Positions 40,095 to 49,565 of a DNA stretch of 64,000 nt are shown one piece after another. Source of the stretch: Methanobacteriota archaeon (lineage in GTDB: Archaea > JAADCQ01 > Methanopyri > Methanopyrales > Methanopyraceae); contig JAMOPO010000015.1 of the NCBI GenBank assembly GCA_027064425.1, forward strand, positions 64,001-128,000, read 5' to 3'. A program made the translations under genes and the position numbers. Positions within the stretch are counted from its first letter, which is position 1; each line of letters opens with the position of its first letter. A model generated the notes under the pieces. That model searched no databases and had not been told where the DNA came from. It was given only the letters and a program-made list of their open reading frames with translations.

Positions 40095-40119
40095 ACCCGG
40101 CCCTAGGGGTCTCACGTCG

Positions 40120-40866
40120 TTGCCCGGTAAACTCGTTTTGGTCGGGGCCGGCCCGGGCGACCCCGAGCTGCTCACCGTCCGCGCCGCCCGAGCCCTCTCC
40201 GAGGCGGACGTGGTGCTCAAGGACCGGCTGGTTCCCGACGCCGTGGTGGAGCGGTACGTGCCCGAGGACGCCAAGGTGGTGGACGTGGGCAAGCGGCCCG
40301 GGGGTCGCGGGTGGACGCAGGAGGAGATCAACGAGCTGATCGTGCGCGAGGGGAAGCGCGGGAAGACCGTGGTCCGGCTGAAAAGCGGCGACCCGCTGAT
40401 CTTCGGTCGTGGGGCGGAGGAGCTCGAGGTGGCCCTTGAGCACGGCCTGGAGGTCGAGGTCGTTCCCGGCGTCACCTCCGCCACCGGCGTGCCCTCAGCC
40501 CTCGGTCTACCCCTCACCCACCGTCGCTACGCCTCCAGCTTCGTCGTGGCGACCGGGCACGAGGACCCGAGCAAGGAGGAGCCGCGGGTCGACTTCGAGG
40601 AGCTCGCCCGGGCGGCCGACACGCTCGTCGTCCTCATGGGCGCGCGGCGGCTCCGGGAGATCGCCCGGGACGTGCGGCGAGCGATCGGGGACGCGCCGAT
40701 GGCGATCATCGAGCGCGGGACGACGGAGGAGGAGCGGGTCAGGGTCTGCCGGCTGTCCGACGCCGAGGAGGGCCGGGTCCGGGCGGAGCCGCCCGCCGTC
40801 ATCGTGATCGGAGAGGTGGTGAAATGGTGGAGCGAGGTGGTGGGTAACGGGAAGGTTGAGGGCTAA
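40120..40866 (+). CDS. cobA: Uroporphyrinogen-III C-methyltransferase
   Basis: VGAGPGDPELLT, RLKSGDPLIFGRG, VPGVTS, TGH, LMG. Confidence 0.93.
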   Translation: MPGKLVLVGAGPGDPELLTVRAARALSEADVVLKDRLVPDAVVERYVPEDAKVVDVGKRPGGRGWTQEEINELIVREGKRGKTVVRLKSGDPLIFGRGAEELEVALEHGLEVEVVPGVTSATGVPSALGLPLTHRRYASSFVVATGHEDPSKEEPRVDFEELARAADTLVVLMGARRLREIARDVRRAIGDAPMAIIERGTTEEERVRVCRLSDAEEGRVRAEPPAVIVIGEVVKWWSEVVGNGKVEG

Positions 40867-42001
40867 GGTCCGCGCCCTCCGGTACGTCTGGAGCTTCCTG
40901 AAGGAGGCCGCGGACGTCCCCACGGTCAAGTACGCGGTCCTGTACGTCGCCTCCCTTCTGATCCTCGGCACGCTGGGGTTCTGGTGGCTCGAGGATCGCC
41001 CGCCCGTCGACGCCTTCTACACGACCGTCCTGATCCTCACCGGGGTGGGCTGCGCGAGCCCGCCCCAGACCCCGGCCGGGAAGGTCTTCACGATCGGGCT
41101 CCTGGCGGTGGGCCTCGGCGCGCTTATCCACATCATCTCCCGCGTCTTCGGCGCCCTGATGCGGGGCGACGTGCTGTTGCGGATTAAGGAGAGCGACGCG
41201 ATGGCCCGGATCGAGCGGCTGCGAGACCACGTGATCGTCTGCGGGTTCGGGCACGAGGGGCGCGAGATCGCGGAGAACCTGCGGGAGCACGGGTTCGACG
41301 TGGTGGTCATCGACAAGGACCCGGAGAAGTGCGACGAGGCCTTCCGGAAGGGCTACCTGGCCGTGCAGGGCGACGTGACGTCGGAGAGGACGCTGAAGAA
41401 GGCCGGCGTGGAGCGCTCGCAGGCCGTCGCGCTCGTCACCGGGTCGGACGAAACGAACGTGTTCGCCTGCGTCCTGGTCCGGGACCTCAACCCGGACGTG
41501 TGGATCGTCGCCGCGGCCAAGTCCCGGACGGGCGTCCGGACGCTCAAGAGAGCGGGCGCGGACGAGGTGGTTAACATCTACGAGGCGGCCGGGACGACGA
41601 TCGCGGACCGGCTCATCGAGCCCCTCTCGTTCACCGTCACCGTGCGGCACTCGCTGGAGGAGACGCGGGAGGAGATGCTCCGGATCGTCCGCAACGGCGG
41701 CATCGTCGTCGACGTCCGGTACCACATCCCCTCACTACCGGAGCCCCTGAAGAAGGAGCTCTGGATCGAGAGCGAGGAGGACGTGGAGTCCCGGCACGAG
41801 CTGCACCGGGAGACGCGCACCCGCAGGGCCCTGGAGCGCCTCCACGAGATGTCCAAGGACGTGCACTCTCACAAGATCGTCGTCCGGCGCGAGGAGGACC
41901 GGGAGAAGATCATCGAGGCCCTGGAGAGCATGGGCTGCCTGATCGGCGTCGACATGACCCACGAGGAGGTGCTCAAGGAGGTCTTCGGGACCGAGATCTA
42001 G
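40856..42001 (+). CDS. 2TM potassium-channel-like protein with RCK (TrkA-N) and C-terminal 3H-like domain
   Basis: TM-pore-TM, HVIVCGFGHEG RCK, GADEVV; C-terminal RH...IVRNGG.V.DV...HSHKI. Confidence 0.85.
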   Translation: MRAKVRALRYVWSFLKEAADVPTVKYAVLYVASLLILGTLGFWWLEDRPPVDAFYTTVLILTGVGCASPPQTPAGKVFTIGLLAVGLGALIHIISRVFGALMRGDVLLRIKESDAMARIERLRDHVIVCGFGHEGREIAENLREHGFDVVVIDKDPEKCDEAFRKGYLAVQGDVTSERTLKKAGVERSQAVALVTGSDETNVFACVLVRDLNPDVWIVAAAKSRTGVRTLKRAGADEVVNIYEAAGTTIADRLIEPLSFTVTVRHSLEETREEMLRIVRNGGIVVDVRYHIPSLPEPLKKELWIESEEDVESRHELHRETRTRRALERLHEMSKDVHSHKIVVRREEDREKIIEALESMGCLIGVDMTHEEVLKEVFGTEI

Positions 42002-42674
42002 CCACCCTGACCGCCGCCTCAACCACCCCGCGCAGCGAGGGCTCCGGCGCCTCGATCACCTCCAGACCCGCCCGCTCGAGCTCGCGCGAGGTCACCGGCC
42101 CGATGCTGACCACCGGCTCCGGTAGCTCGGTCCCCACGCGCTCGAGGAAGCACCGCGCGGTTACGGCACTAAAGAAGCAGACCACGTCGAACCTGGACGG
42201 GTCCACGCGCACCCGGCGCGGCTTCAGGTCGTAGACCTCGACCTCGTCCACCTCGACCCCCGCCCGCGCCAGCCTCGTCCTGAGCTCATCCGTGCGCCGC
42301 CGGGACCGCAGCGCGAGTACCCTGGAGTAGCCTCGCAGGGCCTCGGCCAGCGACCCCGTCGTGAACCGGTCCGGCAGCACGTCCACGGCCAGCCCGTGCT
42401 CCTCGAGCGCCCGCCGCGTCCGCGGGCCGACCGCGGCGATATCGAGGTCCGCCCTCCGGAGGTTCTCCAGCTCGTCCTCCGCCAGGAACTCGACCGTCCT
42501 GGGGCTGGTGAACGCGACGACGTCGTACCCTCGGAGCCGCTCGACGGTGAGCCGGGGTCGGGGGAGCGGGACCAGCCGGACGGGGTGGACGACCACCGCC
42601 TCCAGCCCGGCCCGGGCGAACGCGCGACGCGTCTCCCGGTCCAGTCCCGGGGCGCGAACGGCGAGGGCTCTCAA
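41973..42674 (-). CDS. hemD: Uroporphyrinogen-III synthase
   Basis: AFTSPRTV, AVGPRT, VYD, SIGPVTS. Confidence 0.85.
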   Translation of the reverse strand: MRALAVRAPGLDRETRRAFARAGLEAVVVHPVRLVPLPRPRLTVERLRGYDVVAFTSPRTVEFLAEDELENLRRADLDIAAVGPRTRRALEEHGLAVDVLPDRFTTGSLAEALRGYSRVLALRSRRRTDELRTRLARAGVEVDEVEVYDLKPRRVRVDPSRFDVVCFFSAVTARCFLERVGTELPEPVVSIGPVTSRELERAGLEVIEAPEPSLRGVVEAAVRVARSRSRRPP

Positions 42675-42982
42675 CGCTCCCGCCGCTCCTTGAGCTTCTC
42701 GGCGATCATCAGCAGGGTCTTCCGCTTGGACTCCACCTTATCGACGATCAGCCGGCCGCGGTCCTTCCACCAGCTCTTGGGGTACTGCTTGTCCCGCTGC
42801 ACCTCCGGGTTCAGGCCCAGCTCCTCCGCGACCCGCTTGATCTCGCTGAGCCGCGGGTTCCTCACGGCCAGCTTCTTCGGCACCTTCCTACCCTCCGAGC
42901 GCGACCGCTCGGCGTCGAAGTAAACGGGCCAGATCACGACACGGTCCTTGCCCTTCAGCTTGATCGTGGGCGTCTCCGACAT
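42671..42982 (-). CDS. srp19: Signal recognition particle protein SRP19
   Basis: IWPVYFD..RSRSEGRKVP..LAVRNP, YPKSWW, GRLIV. Confidence 0.93.
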   Translation of the reverse strand: MSETPTIKLKGKDRVVIWPVYFDAERSRSEGRKVPKKLAVRNPRLSEIKRVAEELGLNPEVQRDKQYPKSWWKDRGRLIVDKVESKRKTLLMIAEKLKERRER

Positions 42983-44253
42983 CTCGCCCCTCCCCACGGG
43001 AGGGCGGGAATTACCGGGAACTTCTTCCGATTACGATGCCCGGAACCACTCCCGGGCGACCCGGTATTGCCACTCCCGCCCTCCTGACCGGTCTCCGTCC
43101 TTTTACCTCCTCCCTGAGTCCCATGACGATCACCCTGACCGCCCACCTCTCCCGGGCTCTCCCGCCCGGCCCGCTCGCCACCGCTACCGGTGCCCGCGGG
43201 GTTCCCGCCGCCGTGCCCGCCGTGCTTAACGTAGTTTATGGGCACGGAGAGGAGGCGGAGCACCCTCACGTTGACCAGCGGTATCTCGACGATCTGGCCC
43301 CGAAAGGCCAGCTCCGCGAAGGGCTTCCGAACGATGCACTCCACCGGGATCCCGCGCCGGAGGAGCCGTCGCGCGATCTCGAGCACGTCGGAGATCGTTG
43401 AGGCCAGGAAGACGTAGAAGTGTGCACTCAGCCCGCCGCTCAGGCTGACGACCCGGTCGCCGACGAAGAAGGGCAGCAGGTCCTCGGGGACGCCGCTCTC
43501 CGGCACCGGGAACAGCAGCACCGGGACCTCGGCACCGGACTCCTGCAGCGGGTTCGAGACGGCCTCCACGGCCTCCGCGATGTTCAGCTCGAGCGAGTAG
43601 GACGGGACGAGGTAGTAATCCTCCCGCCAGTCGTAGTCCCGGGTCTGGAGCGCGGAGCAGTCCTTCACGATGAAGTACCGCCCGTCGTCCGAGACTCCCG
43701 CGAGCAGGACCGCGTGCATGGCGGGTGGGACGACGACGAACCACTTGCTCACCGCGGCCAGCGGCGCGTAGAGGACGACCCCGAGCCCGTTTGGGCGGTC
43801 CCGGGCTGCGGCCAGCGCGACGAGGGTGGGGAACCATGGTGGCGAGGTGGAGGCCATGGGGCCATCGTAGTACTCGTCCTCGGTCGGGATGCCGGTGACC
43901 CTGGTGAACCAGACCTCACGCCGCTCGAGCGCGAGCGGGGTGACCTCGGATCCCGCGGTGGGCCTCCAGATCCCTTCGGCCACGGCGATGTTGTAGAGGG
44001 TGAGCGCCGCGACCTCGCCGCACCAGGTGTGGTCGGGCCGGCCGTCGCCGTCCACGTCGCGGCCGAACTCGACCTGACCGAAGTCGGGGTTCGCGACCAC
44101 GAACCGGACGTGCGCTGGGTGGAGCAGCCGGACGTCGACGGGGCCCTGAGCCGTCCTCAGCGTGACCGCCGTGATGGTCCAGTCGTACTGCAGGACCTGC
44201 GCGGACGCGGCCGGGCTGGGAAGAAGCAGAAAGGCGATGAGGAGGGTGAGCAC
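42955..44253 (-). CDS. Secreted protein with papain/C39-like peptidase motifs and Pro-rich/basic C-terminal tail
   Basis: Signal peptide; WCGEVA...HAVLLAG...FIVKD; Gly-rich linker; RKKFPVIPALP...RRR. Confidence 0.7.
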   Translation of the reverse strand: MLTLLIAFLLLPSPAASAQVLQYDWTITAVTLRTAQGPVDVRLLHPAHVRFVVANPDFGQVEFGRDVDGDGRPDHTWCGEVAALTLYNIAVAEGIWRPTAGSEVTPLALERREVWFTRVTGIPTEDEYYDGPMASTSPPWFPTLVALAAARDRPNGLGVVLYAPLAAVSKWFVVVPPAMHAVLLAGVSDDGRYFIVKDCSALQTRDYDWREDYYLVPSYSLELNIAEAVEAVSNPLQESGAEVPVLLFPVPESGVPEDLLPFFVGDRVVSLSGGLSAHFYVFLASTISDVLEIARRLLRRGIPVECIVRKPFAELAFRGQIVEIPLVNVRVLRLLSVPINYVKHGGHGGGNPAGTGSGGERAGRESPGEVGGQGDRHGTQGGGKRTETGQEGGSGNTGSPGSGSGHRNRKKFPVIPALPWGGARCRRRPRSS

Positions 44254-44279
44254 GGGGCGCCCCCCAGGGGGTGTGGAGC

Positions 44280-44780
44280 GTGAAGCGGTTCGAGCTGGAC
44301 GTGGTCCTGCCCGACAAGCCCGGGCAGCTGGTGAAGATCCTGGAGCCGCTGTCGGAGGTCGGTGGGAACGTTATTAGCATTTCACACTCGCGGGACGGCG
44401 ACCGCGCGCGCGTTCACGTCGTGTTCGAGGCGGACGAGGAGGCGGCGGAGGAGTACTCCAGGCGGATCAGCGAGCTGGAGGACGTCAAGATCCTGCGGTT
44501 CGGCCGCGGCCCCGGGCACGAGATGGAGGTCATCCTGATCGGGCACATCGTGGACACGGACATCAAGGACACGATCGACCGGGTCAACGCGGTCGAGGGC
44601 GTGCAGGTCGTGGACGTCGACCTGGAGATGCCGGACCCGGAGAAGCGCTCGTCCGCCGGCTTCACCGTGATCTACGAGGACGAGGAGGCGCTCAGGGAGG
44701 CCGTCAAGGTCATCGAGGAGATCGCCGAGGAGAAGGATCTCACGGTCATCTTCCCGATGGAGGTGGTACGGTGCGTGTAG
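44280..44780 (+). CDS. ACT-domain protein coupled to homoserine dehydrogenase
   Basis: LPDKPGQL...GGNVISISH, LIGHIVDTDIKDTID. Confidence 0.85.
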   Translation: MKRFELDVVLPDKPGQLVKILEPLSEVGGNVISISHSRDGDRARVHVVFEADEEAAEEYSRRISELEDVKILRFGRGPGHEMEVILIGHIVDTDIKDTIDRVNAVEGVQVVDVDLEMPDPEKRSSAGFTVIYEDEEALREAVKVIEEIAEEKDLTVIFPMEVVRCV

Positions 44781-45793
44781 TCCGGCTGTTCGTGGTCGGG
44801 CTGGGCGCGGTCGGGCAGGGGCTGATGCGACTGCTCAAGAAGAAGCGCGAGCAGTACGCCCGGGAGCTGGGCCTCCGGGTCGAGCTGGTCGGGGTCGCGG
44901 ACTCGCGGGGCGTGTGGACGGGCGAGGACCTGGACCCCGAGGAGGTGCTCCGGGTTAAGTCCGAGCACGGGACGGTCGCCGAGGTGGGGGAGGAGGTCGA
45001 GGCCGTCCAGGCCATGGAGGACGTCGAGTTCGACGTCCTCGTCGAGCTGACGCCGACGGACATCGAGACCGGGGAGCCCGGCCTCTCGCACATCATGAAG
45101 GCGATCGAGCTGGGCCGGCACGTGGTCACGGCCAACAAGGGCCCGCTCGCGGTCGCCTACGGGGAGATCATGCGGGCGGCCGAGGAGAACGGGGTCATGA
45201 TCCGGTACGAGGCGACGGCCGGCGGCGCGATGCCCGTGTTCAACCTCGTCCGCGAGACGCTCAAGAGCGTGGACGTCCTCTCCATCGAGGGCGTCCTGAA
45301 CGGCACGGTCAACTACGTGCTCACGCGCATGGAGAGCGAGGGCATCTCCCTCGACGACGCCATCGCCGACGCCCAGTCCCGAGGGATCGCCGAGGCCGAC
45401 CCCAGCATGGACATCGAGGGCTGGGACACCGCCTGCAAGATCGTCATCCTCGCGAACTCCATCCTCGACGTCCCGTGCACCATCGACGACGTCGACGTGA
45501 CCGGGATCGAGGACATCACGCCCGAGGCCATCCGAATCGCCAACGAGCGCGGCTACCGGATCAAGCTCGTCGGCCGCGCCGACCGGGACGGCAACCTCGT
45601 CGTCAGGCCGTGCCTGGTCCCCAAGTCCGACCCCATCGCCCGCGTCCGCGGCGTCATGAACGTGGTCAGGCTGGAGACCGACGTGGCCGGGACCATCTAC
45701 GTCTCCGGCCGCGGCGCCGGCCCCCTGGAGACCGCCAGCGCCGTCATGAGCGACATCATCTCCATCGCCGAGCGCGCCTCACGGGAAGGGTAA
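44771..45793 (+). CDS. hom: Homoserine dehydrogenase
   Basis: GLGAVGQG, VVTANKGP, YEATAGGAMP, GVLNGT, AEADP, GRGAG. Confidence 0.95.
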   Translation: MRVVRLFVVGLGAVGQGLMRLLKKKREQYARELGLRVELVGVADSRGVWTGEDLDPEEVLRVKSEHGTVAEVGEEVEAVQAMEDVEFDVLVELTPTDIETGEPGLSHIMKAIELGRHVVTANKGPLAVAYGEIMRAAEENGVMIRYEATAGGAMPVFNLVRETLKSVDVLSIEGVLNGTVNYVLTRMESEGISLDDAIADAQSRGIAEADPSMDIEGWDTACKIVILANSILDVPCTIDDVDVTGIEDITPEAIRIANERGYRIKLVGRADRDGNLVVRPCLVPKSDPIARVRGVMNVVRLETDVAGTIYVSGRGAGPLETASAVMSDIISIAERASREG

Positions 45794-46306
45794 CCACCGG
45801 AGCAGGCTCTCCAACACCGAGGACACGTGCCACTCCGACCGATCCTCCCCCGACCTCTCCACCACCTTCAGCGCCTCCGCCACGGCCGGCGAGAGCCCCC
45901 GGGCGTCCCGCAGCGCCTCCAACACGTCCCGCGAGAACCGCCGCACGACCCACTCGTCGTGATCCAGCAGCGCGTTCACGTACCCGCGCAGCCGGTGGCC
46001 CAGGTTCTCCAGCGCCAAGGCGAACGCCCCATCCGGATCCTCCGTCGACCTCTTCACCGCCCTCGCCAGCCCGCGCACGTCGAACTCCACCTCCCGACGG
46101 TACGCCCTCACGTACTCCAACCCGCGCAGCGCCGGCAGCGCGACCTCTCGATCCACCGGCTCCCCCTCCATCTCGATCCCCGTCACGTACAACACCGCGC
46201 CCACCTCAATGACCCGAGACCCGAGAGCCCGCCAGTGCTCCCGGCTCGGCGCCAGCCGCCCGCCCACGTACAGGCACAGAGAGCCCGCGAGCGTGGGGCT
46301 CGACAC
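45779..46306 (-). CDS. Hypothetical protein
   Basis: Coding-like helical ORF in minus-strand run; start inferred at GTG. Confidence 0.55.
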   Translation of the reverse strand: MSSPTLAGSLCLYVGGRLAPSREHWRALGSRVIEVGAVLYVTGIEMEGEPVDREVALPALRGLEYVRAYRREVEFDVRGLARAVKRSTEDPDGAFALALENLGHRLRGYVNALLDHDEWVVRRFSRDVLEALRDARGLSPAVAEALKVVERSGEDRSEWHVSSVLESLLRWLPFP

Positions 46307-46322
46307 GCGGAACACCCCCCGG

Positions 46323-46772
46323 CTACTCCCAACCCCACCTCCTGCACACCTCCACGACCCGCCGAGCCGCCTCCACGTCACCCCGATCCACCTTCCCCTC
46401 CACACCCACCCGCTCCAGCGCCCGCGTCAGCAGCGCGCCCGCCCGGCTGGGCCGAGAGATATCGGCCTCCTGCCCACCACCGTGCCCCCGAAGCCACCCC
46501 AGCAGCAGCCAGAGCGTGCTCCTGATCCACGTGTAGGTGATGTGGCCCAGCGCCGCCAGGATCGCGAACGCCAGCCCCCACGTCGGCAACAGCTCCGAGA
46601 ACTGACCCCCGTTCAGCGCGACGTAGATCGCCGCCGCGCACACCAGCAGGTCCGCCACCGTGAACCAGGTGGTCGCCTCGATCCGACGCTCCAGCAGCAG
46701 CCCCGTCACCAGCGAGATCGCGGCCAGCACCATGCACACCATGGCCAGCACCGTCCACACCGTGACGTGCAC
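46323..46772 (-). CDS. Hypothetical membrane protein
   Basis: Three hydrophobic helices; follows AIR-synthase-like gene. Confidence 0.55.
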   Translation of the reverse strand: MHVTVWTVLAMVCMVLAAISLVTGLLLERRIEATTWFTVADLLVCAAAIYVALNGGQFSELLPTWGLAFAILAALGHITYTWIRSTLWLLLGWLRGHGGGQEADISRPSRAGALLTRALERVGVEGKVDRGDVEAARRVVEVCRRWGWE

Positions 46773-46788
46773 CCGACCACCCCCCAGC

Positions 46789-47667
46789 TCACTCTCCCGC
46801 ACTCAGCTCCTCCAACCTCTCCGCAATCTCATCCATCAAATCTTCACCCACCAGCTCCCGACCCGCGATCTCCAGCACCGGCTCCTCCACCACCCGACCG
46901 ACCACCGAGACCGGACACCCACACTCCGAGCACACCCGCAGCACCTCCTCCACGTCGTCCTCCTCCACCACCGCCAGCACGTTGTCCCAGTTCCTTGTAA
47001 TCGACGAGTACGGGACCGAGTCCAGCCGCATCCCCACCCCCGACTTCGCGCACACCAGCGCCGCCATCGCCACCAGACCACCCTTCGTCACGTCCTTCGC
47101 CGCCTTCACCAGCCCCCGCCGCGCCACCTCCGGGAACGCCCGAAACAGCCTCCTGGCCTTCTCCATCCGCTCCTCGAACCCACCGTGGATCGGCTCCCCC
47201 ACGAGCACCACCACGTCCCCCGGCTCCGCCCCCTCATCCGTGATCGGCTCCGGCGCCACCAGCTCCCCCATGATCGTCAACGACACCTTCGGCTCCTCCA
47301 CGTCATCCTCCACCATCGTGTTCCCACCCAGCACCTCCAACCCCAGCTCCCGCGCCTGCCGCCCGATACACTCCGCCGCCTCCAACGCCCCCTCCTCCGA
47401 CGGCGCGATGATCGTGTCCACCACGAACCGCGGCCGCCCACCCACCACCAGCACGTCCGTCGCCGCGTGCACCACCGCCGACCTCCGCACCAGCCGAAAC
47501 GCGTAGGGACCATCCGCGCTCACCACCAGCCCGTCCTCCACGCTCACCACCGCCGCATCATCGAAGTCCGCCAGCCCCACCCGCGCCTCCGACCTCCTCG
47601 GCAGCAACCGCTTCACCACCTTCACGTCATCCACCGCGTACCGCAGCACGTGCTTCCGCAGGTCCAC
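46789..47667 (-). CDS. AIR synthase (PurM/ThiL superfamily)-related protein
   Basis: DDAAV, ATDVLVVGGRP, LGGNT, GAEPGD, AKDVTKGGL, VVGRV. Confidence 0.8.
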   Translation of the reverse strand: MDLRKHVLRYAVDDVKVVKRLLPRRSEARVGLADFDDAAVVSVEDGLVVSADGPYAFRLVRRSAVVHAATDVLVVGGRPRFVVDTIIAPSEEGALEAAECIGRQARELGLEVLGGNTMVEDDVEEPKVSLTIMGELVAPEPITDEGAEPGDVVVLVGEPIHGGFEERMEKARRLFRAFPEVARRGLVKAAKDVTKGGLVAMAALVCAKSGVGMRLDSVPYSSITRNWDNVLAVVEEDDVEEVLRVCSECGCPVSVVGRVVEEPVLEIAGRELVGEDLMDEIAERLEELSAGE

Positions 47668-47928
47668 CCCGACCACCCCCAGACAGTCCCCTGACCGGCA
47701 CGAAACTTGAGTCCTGCCCACGGGGTGGGGCCGGTTCACGGCGGCCGTCCTCGGGGATCGTTATGCGACACGAAACGATTCGCCCCGCAGCCCCGCCGCG
47801 TCATCGCAAGTGCCACCTGTGGAAGGCCGGGCGAGCGCGCTGGTCCCGGTAAGCACGGCGTATCGGGGCACTCCATCGGCCCCTCACCGAGTCCTCAGCG
47901 GGCCTCAGGCATCGAGAGACGCCGACAC

Positions 47929-47972
47929 CTCTCCCCGCAGCGTTAACGGCGCGTCCACACTCAGGAAAACCC
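47929..47972 (+). repeat. Copy 1 of a 44-bp degenerate repeat (copy 2 at 49566-49609)
   Basis: 32/44 identical by hand alignment, core GTTAACGGCGCGT exact. Confidence 0.7.
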
Positions 47973-48070
47973 GCACCGCCCCCGTTCCCCAAGGAGAGTC
48001 TTCACATCGGAGTTGGGTCGGGAAGGGAAGTTAAGGAGATGTTGAGTTAAGCGGCGATCTGGGGGGCGCC

Positions 48071-49114
48071 GTGTTGCTGACTGCGCTGCTAGTCGTGTCG
48101 CTGGTCACGGTTACCAGCGTGACACAGCCCACCGAGGCGTTGACAGTCAATTCGGCGTCCAGGGACTGCCCGCCGTGGGTAGTGCCGGCGCTCTTCGTTC
48201 AGCTGCCTGGAGGAGGCGGTCTCGGATCCCCGAGCCTCACGGGCGACCGTTTCCTGCTCGTGGCACCGCTGTGGCGGGAAGGTGACCACCACCGGGTGAT
48301 CCTCGGCGCGTACGGGGTGGACGAGGTGGTCTTACCGCGGGGAGCGACCGTCCACCGTGTGTTAATTCCGAGCGGGGTGGAGTGGAAGTGGACTGAACTC
48401 TGCAGGCAGGCGGTTCCGCAGGGGCCGTGGCGTGAGGTCCGGTACTCTCTGCGAAAGTCGGACGGGCTGCTCCAGCTTAAGCCGTCGAAGGCCGTGGACA
48501 ACACGTTCGTAGTGGAGGCGAGCCTGCCCGCACGCGGCGAGTGGGTGCGGATCGCGCTGGCGCCGGGTGACTGGCTCGTGGCGCTGGGTTGGAGCATGGA
48601 CTTCAACGTGCTGACGCTGGACGGGAAGGTCCTGTTCCGGGGCCGGCACCCGTACGATGAGGTCGTGTACGACCTGCCGGACGGCGTGCACCTCGCGTTC
48701 TGGGTGCACTGGTACGGGCTGGACTTGAGTGGTGGAGAGAGGTGGACGAGAGTGCCACGCCTCGTAGCTAAGGGTGAAGTACCGAGCGAGTTCAATCCAA
48801 AATGGCAGTACGAGCACGGGCTGTTTTACGGGTACTGCACGGTGCTCGAGGTCCGGACGAGTAAGCCGCTAATCCTGGAGTTTAGAGCGCCGAGGCAAGG
48901 TGAGAAGTTAGAATCCCCCAACGAGCTCGTCGACCGGCGTGAGTTCGTCACGGAGGAGTTCGTGCGCAGCCACCAGTCACATTACGTGCCACCTATCCCT
49001 CCCTCGAAGTTGCTGTACGAAATCCTCAGGGCTCTGCCGGTGCTACCCCTGCTACCGCTCGTCGCTCCCACGGGAAGGCGTGAGGGGGGCCGGCGGAGAG
49101 AAAGGACCGACTGA
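48071..49114 (+). CDS. Secreted hypothetical protein with Pro-rich/basic tail
   Basis: Signal peptide; tail RALPVLPLLPLVAPTGRREGGRRR. Confidence 0.7.
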   Translation: MLLTALLVVSLVTVTSVTQPTEALTVNSASRDCPPWVVPALFVQLPGGGGLGSPSLTGDRFLLVAPLWREGDHHRVILGAYGVDEVVLPRGATVHRVLIPSGVEWKWTELCRQAVPQGPWREVRYSLRKSDGLLQLKPSKAVDNTFVVEASLPARGEWVRIALAPGDWLVALGWSMDFNVLTLDGKVLFRGRHPYDEVVYDLPDGVHLAFWVHWYGLDLSGGERWTRVPRLVAKGEVPSEFNPKWQYEHGLFYGYCTVLEVRTSKPLILEFRAPRQGEKLESPNELVDRREFVTEEFVRSHQSHYVPPIPPSKLLYEILRALPVLPLLPLVAPTGRREGGRRRERTD

Positions 49115-49565
49115 CTGCCGGCTCCGGCGAGCCTGGCGCGACCCCCTTTCCGCTTGCAGAGGCTTCCTGAGCGTCGGTACCAAAGCGGCCTGGGCGCCAG
49201 GCGGACGCACCACCGGGTTCTTCTTACTCCCGCACGGGTTCCTCCCGTCGCCGGCGCACTTGCGTTTGCGGATTGATGGAAGTGACGTGAAATCGCACCG
49301 CGTATGGCGAGGGAATAGCCGTTACCGGGTGGCCCTCGGCATGCGCGAGGGGAGGGAGTTGACCCTACCTCCAATCTGCGGGTTCGCGGACCGTTTCTAG
49401 TATCCGTTTTGCTTACGAGGTTGAGAGCTCTCTCGACCCAGTACCTAAGACTGAACTAACTTTAGGTTGCGCGCTCTCAACGGTTCCTCAATGAGGCAAC
49501 GTGCCACGGATCATTATTATCGATCCGTATTCGTGGGGCTTTGCGACGTACAGGGTCCCGTAGCG

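Noticed and set aside
46789-47667. Possible selenophosphate synthetase SelD
   Set aside because: Lacks the N-terminal G(C/U)xxK motif and in-frame UGA; generic AIR-synthase-like protein
45800-47700. C-rich stretch as tandem repeat or CRISPR array
   Set aside because: No periodic repeat-spacer pattern; it is coding sequence with biased synonymous codons. No CRISPR array was seen anywhere in the window
48939-49400. 153-aa ORF overlapping the end of the 48071-49114 gene
   Set aside because: No credible start or motif; at most a decayed fragment
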